Positions 8,622 through 16,699 of a stretch of 24,124 nucleotides of DNA are shown here, piece after piece (position 1 is the first letter of the stretch; every line of letters starts with the position of its first letter). A program made the translations under genes and the position numbers. The notes beneath the pieces were generated by a model. That model made no database searches. It had not been told where the DNA came from and was given only the letters and a program-made list of their open reading frames with translations. This DNA is from Verrucomicrobiales bacterium (GTDB lineage Bacteria > Verrucomicrobiota > Verrucomicrobiia > Verrucomicrobiales > V1-33): the NCBI GenBank assembly GCA_031411295.1, contig JANOAV010000014.1:1-24124 (forward strand). The letters are read 5' to 3'.

Positions 8622-8686
8622 GCGAGGAACGAGCGATACCCCCGGAATCCCGCACAGCACGAAGCATCCCGGCAGGGATGCCAGAA
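8584..8686 (+). repeat. 103-bp three-hairpin REP-like direct repeat, copy 1
   Basis: 85/103 ungapped identity to 9301-9403. Hairpins CCGGGGG...CCCCCGG and GCATCCC-GGCA-GGGATGC. Contains the DUF4291 stop (8619-8621). Confidence 0.92.
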
Positions 8687-8729
8687 CTACCCGATCAACC
8701 CTCCGCTTCAACTCGTAACGACAATCCAA

Positions 8730-9338
8730 ATGAAAACACCCCTCACCCTCGATACACTCATCGATTCCATTCAAGGTGGCCTGATCCCCAAATGGCTCTT
8801 TTTTTTGGGTCACAAGCCTTCTGAGGATGGATCCGTTACCAAATCCTGCTTCAGCCAATGGTGGGCCGGACATCCTTTTGTGATTGATGATCTAACCTAC
8901 GCCACCGCAGAACACTACATGATGGCGGAGAAGGCACGACTCTTCGGAGACACCGACAGTTTGAAGAAAATCCTGATCGCAAAATCCGCTGCCGAAGCCA
9001 AAAAATTGGGGCGCACGGTCACGAATTTCAACGATTCGACCTGGGTGGCCGCACGTTCGGAGATTGTGGTGCAGGGCAACTTCGCGAAATTTCACCAGCA
9101 TCCAAAGCTTCGCGCTTATCTAGCACAGACCGGAGATCGCGTGCTGGTAGAAGCCAGCCCGTTTGATCGCATCTGGGGCATCGGAATGTCCGTCAGCCAT
9201 ACCAACGCTGAAGACCCAACGAAATGGAATGGATTAAATCTCCTCGGATTCGCGCTCATGGAGGTCCGAGAAAGACTGCGTCTGGAACCGAACGAATCCA
9301 CGATCGCAACAGGATCACAGAAATCAGCCTACGGTTGA
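8730..9338 (+). CDS. NADAR (YbiA-like) family protein
   Basis: FSQW, TAEHYMMAEKARLFGD, AKKLGR, KFHQH, LVEASPFDRIWGIG and GLNLLGFALMEVR motifs. Confidence 0.93.
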   Translation: MKTPLTLDTLIDSIQGGLIPKWLFFLGHKPSEDGSVTKSCFSQWWAGHPFVIDDLTYATAEHYMMAEKARLFGDTDSLKKILIAKSAAEAKKLGRTVTNFNDSTWVAARSEIVVQGNFAKFHQHPKLRAYLAQTGDRVLVEASPFDRIWGIGMSVSHTNAEDPTKWNGLNLLGFALMEVRERLRLEPNESTIATGSQKSAYG

Positions 9339-9403
9339 GCGAGGCACGAGCGATCCCCCCGGAGCACCAAACAAAATGAAGCATCCCGGCAGGGATGCCA
9401 GAA
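9301..9403 (+). repeat. 103-bp three-hairpin REP-like direct repeat, copy 2
   Basis: Matches copy 1; contains the NADAR stop (9336-9338) at the same offset. Confidence 0.92.
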
Positions 9404-9427
9404 ACACAGCCAACCATCATCTAACTT

Positions 9428-9982
9428 ATGAGAACCATCATTCCACCACACCCTCCCCTACCATTCACCCGCAGTTATTGGGTCCTCCCAAATCGATTGC
9501 TGGGCGGCTTTTATCCAGGCGATCGCGATCCCGCGGTGGCGCGACAAAAATTGTCCGCTCTGCTGGATTGTGGCGTGACCCACATCATGAATCTGATGGA
9601 GCGCACGGAAGGCGATCACTCGGGCCGACCTTTCCTGAGCTATAAACAGGACTTCCTGCAACAGGCGGCCGTCAGGGATCTCCAGGTGAGTTACCTGAGG
9701 CGTCCCATCCGCGATGTTAGTGTCCCCACCAGATCACAAATGATCGGCACGCTTAATGCCTTGGATGCTGCGCTGGAAGCTGGAGGTTGCGTTTACGTCC
9801 ATTGTTGGGGCGGCCGCGGACGCACTGGCACCGTGTTGGGTTGCTGGCTGGCCCGGCATGGGGAACGCAGTCCGTTGCAAAAACTACGCGCGCTGACCGC
9901 CCATGCCTCCGCTTACTTTCCACACGTCCCAGAAACCGCGGAACAACAAACCTTTGTCAACCAATGGAGGATCGGCCAATGA
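9428..9982 (+). CDS. Dual-specificity / tyrosine phosphatase-like protein
   Basis: VHCWGGRGRTG CX5R P-loop, PIRDVSVP acid loop, PETAEQ Q-loop. Confidence 0.88.
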   Translation: MRTIIPPHPPLPFTRSYWVLPNRLLGGFYPGDRDPAVARQKLSALLDCGVTHIMNLMERTEGDHSGRPFLSYKQDFLQQAAVRDLQVSYLRRPIRDVSVPTRSQMIGTLNALDAALEAGGCVYVHCWGGRGRTGTVLGCWLARHGERSPLQKLRALTAHASAYFPHVPETAEQQTFVNQWRIGQ

Positions 9983-10914
9983 ATCAACCAACCAAAACAC
10001 AACGCATCCTCGGCGGCCTCTACGGCTCACTGGTGGGAGACGCCCTGGGGGTGCCGGTGGAGTTCTGTAACCGCTTCGCCCGCGTGACGGATCCTGTGGT
10101 CGGGATGCGAAGTCACGGCACCCATAACCAACCCGCAGGCACTTGGTCGGACGATGGTTCGCTTCTGCTGTGCTCGGTGGAGAGCTTGGCGGAGAAAGGA
10201 TTTAACACCCAGGACATGGGTCAGCGTTTTGTGCGGTGGTTTGATGACGCTCACTGGTCAGCTCATGGAGAGGTATTTGATATTGGAAATACCACGAGCA
10301 AGGCGCTCCATGGCATTGCCCAAGGAACACCTGCAGAAGAAGCTGGCGGACAGAGCTTGTATGACAACGGAAATGGATCGCTCATGCGGATTCTACCCGT
10401 GGTCCTGGCCACGCTAAATGATGAGGAAACAGCATTCTGCGATCAACTTGAGCGCGCGTCTGCGATCACGCATGGTCATGAGCGATCGAAACTCGCTTGT
10501 GCATTCTTTGGCCTCTATGTGCGTTCGCTCATGCTAGGCGACAACCCGGCGGATGCGTTGCAGGCTGCGCGCGAGGCCTTTGTCCGCGGTTACCAACATT
10601 TGGATCTCGTGGCTTTCCAGAATGTTTTGTCCGCAGACATCGCGCACTGGAAGATTGATTACGTGACCTCCGGCGGCTACGTCATGGAAACCCTAACCGC
10701 CTCCATGTGGTGCCTGCTAACCACCGATAATTTCTCCGACTGTGTCCTCAAGGCAGTGAATCTGGGTGGGGACACCGACACCACCGGTTGTGTAGCCGGA
10801 GGTTTGGCGGGCGTTTACTACGGCCAGCAGGCCATCCCTCAGGAATGGATCGGTGCGTTGCCGAAGCAGGCGGAGTTGCAGGAGTTGTTTGCGAAATTTG
10901 TATCCTCTCTATGA
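9979..10914 (+). CDS. ADP-ribosylglycohydrolase (ARH/DraG family) 1
   Basis: GDALG, WSDD, GNGSLMR, AITH and GGDTDT motifs. Start reassigned to ATG 9979 (GGAGG at 9966-9970; ATGA overlap). Confidence 0.93.
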   Translation: MNQPTKTQRILGGLYGSLVGDALGVPVEFCNRFARVTDPVVGMRSHGTHNQPAGTWSDDGSLLLCSVESLAEKGFNTQDMGQRFVRWFDDAHWSAHGEVFDIGNTTSKALHGIAQGTPAEEAGGQSLYDNGNGSLMRILPVVLATLNDEETAFCDQLERASAITHGHERSKLACAFFGLYVRSLMLGDNPADALQAAREAFVRGYQHLDLVAFQNVLSADIAHWKIDYVTSGGYVMETLTASMWCLLTTDNFSDCVLKAVNLGGDTDTTGCVAGGLAGVYYGQQAIPQEWIGALPKQAELQELFAKFVSSL

Positions 10915-10944
10915 ACCTGCCCTTTGTTGAAGAAATCTAACATC

Positions 10945-11886
10945 ATGAATTCACCAACCGTGCCACCACCCTCGGATTCCAATTTGCAACGCGCCTTACT
11001 CTCGTTGGACGGCCTCTCGGTGGGGGATGCTTTGGGGCAATTGCTCTCGACTTGTGCGCGGACGGCACGGGCGGTGGTCGAGCGCGATGGGCTTCCCGGG
11101 CCCCACTGGTGGCATACCGATGACACCCAGATGGGCATGGCGATCGTGGAGGAATTGGCGGTGGCGCGGAAGATTGTTCCCGCAACCTTAGTGCAGCGAT
11201 TCGCGCGTCGATTCGCAGACGATCCTGGACGTGGTTATGGGAAGGGCGCGCGGATGCAATTGGAACAAATTGCGCGCGGAGCCTCGTGGCGCGTTACCTC
11301 TGCTCAGGCCTTCAACGGTCGGGGTTCCATGGGGAACGGCAGTGCCATGCGGGCGGGGCCGTTAGGGGCTTACTTTGCCACAGATTTGGATCTGGTTGTC
11401 AGCCAAGCAAAACTGGCTGCGATGGTAACCCATGCGCATCCGGAAGGGATCGCAGGTGGCGTAGCGGTTGCCCTAGCTGCGGCCGCCGCTTGGAACGCCC
11501 GCGGGTTGGAACTAGAGGAAGCCCGTGCGTTGTTGTGGAGCACCGTTTTGGAACGCACGCCTGCGGGCGAAACTCTGGATGCCATCCACAAGGCGCGGCA
11601 GCTCCCATTGGACACGACACCCGCAGACGCTGCTCGCGCTCTGGGCTCGGGTTTCCTCGTAACCGCTCCGGATACCGTTCCTTTCGCACTTTGGTGTGCC
11701 ACGCGACATTTAGCAGACTATGGCGAGGCAATGTTCACCACGCTGGAGGGTGATGGCGATTGTGATACCAACTGCGCCATCGTCGGCAGCATTGTGGCCC
11801 TGTTTGTTGGTGCAGATGGAATTCCACCGCTCTGGTTGGAATCGCGCGAACCGTTGGATCTGCAAATTCCCAAACACATTTTATGA
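10945..11886 (+). CDS. ADP-ribosylglycohydrolase (ARH/DraG family) 2
   Basis: GDALG, HTDD, RGYG, GNGSAMR, VTH and GDCDT motifs. Confidence 0.92.
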   Translation: MNSPTVPPPSDSNLQRALLSLDGLSVGDALGQLLSTCARTARAVVERDGLPGPHWWHTDDTQMGMAIVEELAVARKIVPATLVQRFARRFADDPGRGYGKGARMQLEQIARGASWRVTSAQAFNGRGSMGNGSAMRAGPLGAYFATDLDLVVSQAKLAAMVTHAHPEGIAGGVAVALAAAAAWNARGLELEEARALLWSTVLERTPAGETLDAIHKARQLPLDTTPADAARALGSGFLVTAPDTVPFALWCATRHLADYGEAMFTTLEGDGDCDTNCAIVGSIVALFVGADGIPPLWLESREPLDLQIPKHIL

Positions 11887-11903
11887 CCCCAGAGAAGGTC
11901 CAT

Positions 11904-11948
11904 CCCATCGGCCCTATGCGGCCTATACGACCTATAGGTCCTATCTTC
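11904..11948 (+). repeat. Degenerate 9-bp tandem array (CCTATAGGN-like, 5 units)
   Basis: CCCATCGGC CCTATGCGG CCTATACGA CCTATAGGT CCTATCTTC. Confidence 0.75.
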
Positions 11949-11983
11949 AACGGCTCCACACTTACCACATATCTCCCCCCACC

Positions 11984-13024
11984 ATGAACCCAGATCCCAT
12001 CCTCGGTAGCCTACTGGGAACAGCAGTTGGTGATGCCATCGGTCTTCCAACAGAAGGCCTCTCGCGCTCACGCGCTCAGCGTTTGCACAGGAAAGGGTTG
12101 CGTCATCGCTTGGTGTTCGGGTGTGGGATGTTCAGCGATGACACGGAGCATACGCTCATGGTGGCCAATGCCTTGCGACGGTATCATGAAGACGCGGTGG
12201 TCTTTCAACGCAGCCTCGGTTGGTCGATGCGGTGGTGGTTGCTAGCGTTGCCAGCGGGCGTGGGCTTGAGCACGGCCAAGGCGATCATTCGATTGTGGCT
12301 CGGCTTTCCCGCATCGCGTGCTGGGGTGAGGTCTGCGGGAAATGGAGCGGCCATGCGGAGTGCCATTGTGGGAGCGTTCCTCCAGCATGATCCCGAGAAA
12401 CGCCGCGTGTTCACTCTGGCAGCCTGTAGATTAACGCACACGGATCCAAGAGCTGAGGAATCTGCCGTGTTAGTATCGGAGGCCACGGTGTTGGCCGCCA
12501 TGGGTGCGGAAACGACGGTGGTGTTGAACACCTTGCGCCCCATGGTAGTGACTGATGAGATGAAGAGTCGCTTTGCGGTCTTGGAATCCGCTCTGAGCCG
12601 CGGTAGCAGCGTGCTGGACTACGCTTCGGAAATTCATTGTGAGCATGGGGTCAGTGGCTACGCGCCTAACACAGTGGCCGTGGCATTGTTTGGCTGGCTG
12701 CGCCATCGGGGAGATTTTGCGCAGACGCTTTCCTCCGTAATTGAATGTGGTGGTGATACTGACACCAGTGCCGCGATTGCCGGCGGCATCTGTGGTGCAG
12801 AAGTCGGGGAGGCAGGGATTCCACCATCGTGGATCAACGGAATTTGTGATTGGCCAAGGTCTGTGAAGTATATCCGAGCCGTGGCCGCCGCGCTAAACGC
12901 GCTGCCTTCCAAACTCCCGGTGCCCAAGTTGTGGTGGTTAGGAGTTCTGTTGCGGAACGCCCTGTTTCTGATCATTGTCCTCTGCCACGGACTGCGGCGG
13001 TTAATCCCGTGGGCCCTCAAATGA
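11984..13024 (+). CDS. ADP-ribosylglycohydrolase (ARH/DraG family) 3 with hydrophobic C-terminal tail
   Basis: GDAIG, FSDD, GNGAAMR, LTH and GGDTDT motifs; tail LWWLGVLLRNALFLIIVLCHG. Start reassigned to ATG 11984. Confidence 0.92.
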   Translation: MNPDPILGSLLGTAVGDAIGLPTEGLSRSRAQRLHRKGLRHRLVFGCGMFSDDTEHTLMVANALRRYHEDAVVFQRSLGWSMRWWLLALPAGVGLSTAKAIIRLWLGFPASRAGVRSAGNGAAMRSAIVGAFLQHDPEKRRVFTLAACRLTHTDPRAEESAVLVSEATVLAAMGAETTVVLNTLRPMVVTDEMKSRFAVLESALSRGSSVLDYASEIHCEHGVSGYAPNTVAVALFGWLRHRGDFAQTLSSVIECGGDTDTSAAIAGGICGAEVGEAGIPPSWINGICDWPRSVKYIRAVAAALNALPSKLPVPKLWWLGVLLRNALFLIIVLCHGLRRLIPWALK

Positions 13025-13060
13025 CAAATAGGGCTCCTGCGGCCCATAGGGCCTATCTTC
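13025..13060 (+). repeat. Degenerate 9-bp tandem array related to 11904-11948
   Basis: CAAATAGGG CTCCTGCGG CCCATAGGG CCTATCTTC; final unit identical to that of the first array. Confidence 0.65.
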
Positions 13061-13106
13061 TAATTTCTAAACGACCACCACAGGCCAAACTAACGACGAA
13101 ACATTT

Positions 13107-13616
13107 ATGAAAGTTCTTGAACCAGTCAAAGCCGACATTACCTCACTGGACGTTGACGCCATCGTCAATGCTGCCAACTCCTCCTTGCTGGGTGGCGGAG
13201 GGGTGGACGGAGCCATTCATCGCGCGGCCGGGCCGGAACTGGTGCGCGAATGTCGATTGCCCGGCGGATGCAAAACCGGAGAAGCTAAAGTCACCAAGGG
13301 CTACCGACTGAAGGCTCGGCATATCATTCATACGGTCGGTCCGGTCTGGCGCGGTGGAGACTGGAAGGAACGCGAGTTGTTGCAGTCCTGCTATACGAAG
13401 TCCCTGGAAATTGCCTCTCAATTAGGCCTCGAAAGCATGGCTTTCCCGTGCATCTCCACGGGCATCTACGGTTACCCCGCAGATCTCGCAGCAGCGGTCG
13501 CGATTAACTCCACGAGTGCGTTTCTCCAGGAAGCATGCTCCATCAAACGTGTAATCTTCTGTTGTTTCTCCAAAGAGGATCTCGCGATCTACCAAACGAT
13601 ATTAAACATCCCATGA
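13107..13616 (+). CDS. MacroD-type macrodomain (YmdB-like O-acetyl-ADP-ribose deacetylase / ADP-ribosylhydrolase)
   Basis: [36 protein letters not shown] and [12 protein letters not shown] motifs. Confidence 0.93.
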   Translation: MKVLEPVKADITSLDVDAIVNAANSSLLGGGGVDGAIHRAAGPELVRECRLPGGCKTGEAKVTKGYRLKARHIIHTVGPVWRGGDWKERELLQSCYTKSLEIASQLGLESMAFPCISTGIYGYPADLAAAVAINSTSAFLQEACSIKRVIFCCFSKEDLAIYQTILNIP

Positions 13617-13714
13617 AAGCCCTGCTCCTGATCGATATCCAAAATGATTTCCTTCCGGGTGATGTGGTGCAGGCCTTGCGCACCATGCAGGCTGCGAGCG
13701 CACTCATCATTTGA
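13613..13714 (+). pseudogene. pncA: Nicotinamidase remnant with a large in-frame internal deletion (33 aa)
   Basis: [16 protein letters not shown] (PncA N-terminus) is joined directly to DVVQALRTMQAASALII* (PncA-like C-terminal helix). ATGA overlap with the macrodomain stop. Confidence 0.85.
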
Positions 13715-13769
13715 GAGACTCCGCAAAAAAGGACAAGCCAGATCGATTCACTGGCAGTATCAGCCTTGC

Positions 13770-15083
13770 ATGATTCCACGACTAATCCTTCCCACGCTCC
13801 TGCTTACTCTGAATGCGGTTCCGCTCGCAGCAGGGCGCGACCTCCAGCCCAAGCCCAACGATCCCTTCTATGCCAAATATGAGGGTCTGGCGGCACCGGC
13901 ACCGTCGGTGAAACTACGCCAAGGCGATAAGTTAGCCATTTGTGGTGATTCGATCACCGAACAGAAAATGTATAGTCGGATCATGGAAGCTTATATCACC
14001 GCTTGTATGCCGGAGTTGCAGGTCACGTGTCGCCAATATGGCTGGAGCGGAGAGCAGGCCGGGGGCTTTCTGAAGCGGATGAAGAATGACGTGCTGCGAT
14101 TCCAACCCACGGTGGCCACGACCTGCTATGGGATGAATGATCATCGGTATGTGCCCTTTGAGGAAGGCATTGGGGCTGAGTATCGACAGAACCAAACGGC
14201 CATCGTGAAGCAATTCAAGGAGGCGGGCGTGCGGGTGGTGCTGGGATCATCCGGAACGATTCACAGCGTGCCGGGCTGGGTGAAGAGTGCCAAGGGCACT
14301 TGGGAAGATCTGAATTTATCCCTCCTGCAATTGCGGAACATTGATATTGAAATTGCCGCTGCGGAACAGGTTGGCTTTGCCGACGTTTACTGGCCGATGC
14401 TGGTGGGAAGCCATGAGGCAAAGCAGAAGTATGGGGAAGAGTTTAAATTGGAAGGTGGAGATGGAGTGCATCCGGGCTGGGCGGGGCAGGTCTTCATGGC
14501 CACTGCCTTCCTCCAGGGATTGGGCGCGGAGGGAAATCTCGGAGAGATCACCGTGGACTTGGCAAAGCAAACGGCCGTGGCTACGAACGGTCAGCAAATC
14601 AAGGGCATGGCGAATGGCGAGATTCAACTCCAGAGCGCCCGTCTGCCCTTTCATACCACTGGGGGTGACCTAAAGAAGGATGATAACATCAAAGCGGGCC
14701 AAGCGCTCAGCGGGTTCCATGAGAAATTGAATCGATTCACCCTGAAGGCCTCGGGGGGCACGGCTGCGAGTTATCAGGTCACCTGGGGAGACAAGGTGAA
14801 GACCTTTACCAAGGAGGCGCTGGCCCAAGGCATCAACTTGGCGGCGGAGTTCGAAGGGCATCCGCTGGCAGCGGCATTTGAGAAAGTCTGGAACGCGGTG
14901 GGAGCCAAGCAGGAATACGAAACCCGGCAGATCAAACAACTCTTCCACGGCCCGGAGGGTGCGGCGGATCCGGACGGAACCGCGGCCCTAACGGAGAAAG
15001 TTCACGCTAATCTAGCGCAGCAGCTGAAAGCCAGCTATGCCCCGGTGGAGAGTGTTATCAAGATTCAGCCGGTGGCGAACTAA
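13770..15083 (+). CDS. Secreted SGNH/GDSL hydrolase
   Basis: GDSITE, GWSGE, GMND and DGVHP blocks; signal peptide from ATG 13770. Confidence 0.9.
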   Translation: MIPRLILPTLLLTLNAVPLAAGRDLQPKPNDPFYAKYEGLAAPAPSVKLRQGDKLAICGDSITEQKMYSRIMEAYITACMPELQVTCRQYGWSGEQAGGFLKRMKNDVLRFQPTVATTCYGMNDHRYVPFEEGIGAEYRQNQTAIVKQFKEAGVRVVLGSSGTIHSVPGWVKSAKGTWEDLNLSLLQLRNIDIEIAAAEQVGFADVYWPMLVGSHEAKQKYGEEFKLEGGDGVHPGWAGQVFMATAFLQGLGAEGNLGEITVDLAKQTAVATNGQQIKGMANGEIQLQSARLPFHTTGGDLKKDDNIKAGQALSGFHEKLNRFTLKASGGTAASYQVTWGDKVKTFTKEALAQGINLAAEFEGHPLAAAFEKVWNAVGAKQEYETRQIKQLFHGPEGAADPDGTAALTEKVHANLAQQLKASYAPVESVIKIQPVAN

Positions 15084-15107
15084 TGTTCCCTCGGCGTGGT
15101 TCACCCC

Positions 15108-15259
15108 CACCGCGGATTTTTGCACGGCCTTTGTCCCAAGGTGTGGGGCTTTGAAAGCCCCGGCATCATGGTAGGAACTCAACGCACACCATGCAATACC
15201 CATGCCTGTGCGTGGGGCTTTCAAAGCCCCACTCCTTGAGCGTGCAAAAATCCGCCGTT
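15108..15259. mobile_element. MITE-like element (~152 bp), same TIR family as 7031-7169
   Basis: Core TIR GCGGATTTTTGCACG / CGTGCAAAAATCCGC. Flanks GGTTCACCCC (15098-15107) / GTTTCACCCC (15260-15269). Internal 23/24 inverted pair at 15138-15161 and 15214-15237. Confidence 0.8.
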
Positions 15260-15327
15260 GTTTCACCCCATTTGCGCATCGCAATGCATCTTGCCAGCAG
15301 GTGGCGGAACTGCCACTTATGGCCATC

Positions 15328-16629
15328 ATGCACAACCGTCGTTCCTTTATCAAGTCCGCCAGCCTCTTGGCTGCTCCCGCATTTATCCCGAACCTCCGAG
15401 CCGCTTCGCCCAATGGGAAAGTGCGCCACGCCAGCATTGGCAGCGGTGGACAGGCCTTGGGTGACCTGCATAGTTTTGCTGGGCACAAGGATTTCGAACT
15501 CGTGGCCATTGCTGATGTGGATGTCCGGCAGCATGAAAATGCCAAAAAGATGAACCCCAACGTCCGTTGTTATCAATCGTGGCGCGAGTTGTTTGAAAAG
15601 GAAAAGGATCTTGACTCGGTGAACGTTTCTATTCCTGACCACATGCACGGCATTGTGACTGCCACCGCATTGAACCGCGGCCTGCACACCTATACCCAGA
15701 AGCCGCTGGCGCAAAATTTATGGGAATGCCGCGAACTAATGCGCATCGCCAAGGAGAAGAAAGCGATTACCCAAATGGGCATTCAAATTTCCTCCGAGTT
15801 CACCGAGCGGCACGCCGTGGAATACATCCGCACCGGCACGATCGGGAAAGTGAAGGAAGTGCACACGTTCTCCAACAAGACTTGGGGCGATCCGAACCCC
15901 GTGCCGGCGCAGACGGATCCGGTGCCGGCGGAGTTGGATTGGGATGCTTGGTTAGGCGTCGCCACGCCACGGCCATTTATTAATGGCTATTATCATCCGG
16001 GGAATTGGCGGAAGCGGAGGGACTTCGGCACGGGCACCTTGGGCGATATGGGCTGCCACATGTTCAGCGGGTGGTTCCGCGCCTTGGATCTCAACAGCAT
16101 TCTCAGTGTGAAATCCTCCGGCCCTGCTGCGGGCAAGGACAACTGGGCCATCAACGGCAAGATCGAATATATTTTCAAAGGCACCCAATACACCGCCGCC
16201 GAATCCGTGCCCGTCACTTGGTATGATGGCAACCAGCGTCCGCCGCAAGAAATCATTGCTCAGATTGGTGGCAAGTGCCCGGACCAAGGCTCAATTTATG
16301 TAGGCACCGATGGCATTCTGGTGGCGCAGCATTGCAGCACGCCGATGCTCTATCCGCGGGAGAAATTTGCCGCCGCCCGCCCCTCCAAATTGGAGCCACG
16401 GAACCACTATCATGAATTCATCGACTGCGTGAAATCTGGTCAACAACCGAGCGCCAACTTCAGCTACGCCAGCCCGCTCACAGAGGCGGTGCTCATGGGC
16501 TGTCTCGCCAGTGTCTTCCCGAACGAATCATTGGAATGGGATACTGCTAAACTCATCTTCCCGAAAAACGAAGCCGCCACCAAACTCGTGCGGCGGAATT
16601 ATCGGGAGAAGTGGGAATTCCCAGTCTAA
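15328..16629 (+). CDS. Gfo/Idh/MocA family oxidoreductase, Tat-exported
   Basis: NRRSFIK twin-arginine signal, IGSGGQA, IPDHMH, QKPLA and LGDMGCH motifs. Start at 15328 or 15319. Confidence 0.92.
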   Translation: MHNRRSFIKSASLLAAPAFIPNLRAASPNGKVRHASIGSGGQALGDLHSFAGHKDFELVAIADVDVRQHENAKKMNPNVRCYQSWRELFEKEKDLDSVNVSIPDHMHGIVTATALNRGLHTYTQKPLAQNLWECRELMRIAKEKKAITQMGIQISSEFTERHAVEYIRTGTIGKVKEVHTFSNKTWGDPNPVPAQTDPVPAELDWDAWLGVATPRPFINGYYHPGNWRKRRDFGTGTLGDMGCHMFSGWFRALDLNSILSVKSSGPAAGKDNWAINGKIEYIFKGTQYTAAESVPVTWYDGNQRPPQEIIAQIGGKCPDQGSIYVGTDGILVAQHCSTPMLYPREKFAAARPSKLEPRNHYHEFIDCVKSGQQPSANFSYASPLTEAVLMGCLASVFPNESLEWDTAKLIFPKNEAATKLVRRNYREKWEFPV

Positions 16630-16661
16630 GCTTAATTTAAGCTGACTTCCGAGCATTTTAG

Positions 16662-16699
16662 ATAAGTCCTATTCGACGACGAAGTCGGGTAGGACTTAT
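16662..16699. terminator. Hairpin between convergent genes
   Basis: ATAAGTCCTATTCGAC (16662-16677) pairs with GTCGGGTAGGACTTAT (16684-16699), with G-U pairs. Confidence 0.55.

Noticed and set aside
8584..9403. Integron attC sites
   Set aside because: AAC...GTTGAGC is present, but the two boxes are only ~23 bp apart with no complementary L boxes. The repeat has three separate hairpins and there is no integrase in the window.
11904..11948. CRISPR array
   Set aside because: Abutting 9-bp units without spacers and no cas genes; no repeat-spacer array is seen anywhere in the window.
7031..15259. Composite transposon formed by the two MITEs around the ADP-ribose operon and SGNH gene
   Set aside because: Each MITE has its own direct flanks and the outer flanks (GGGAATTCCT vs GTTTCACCCC) differ, which indicates independent insertions.
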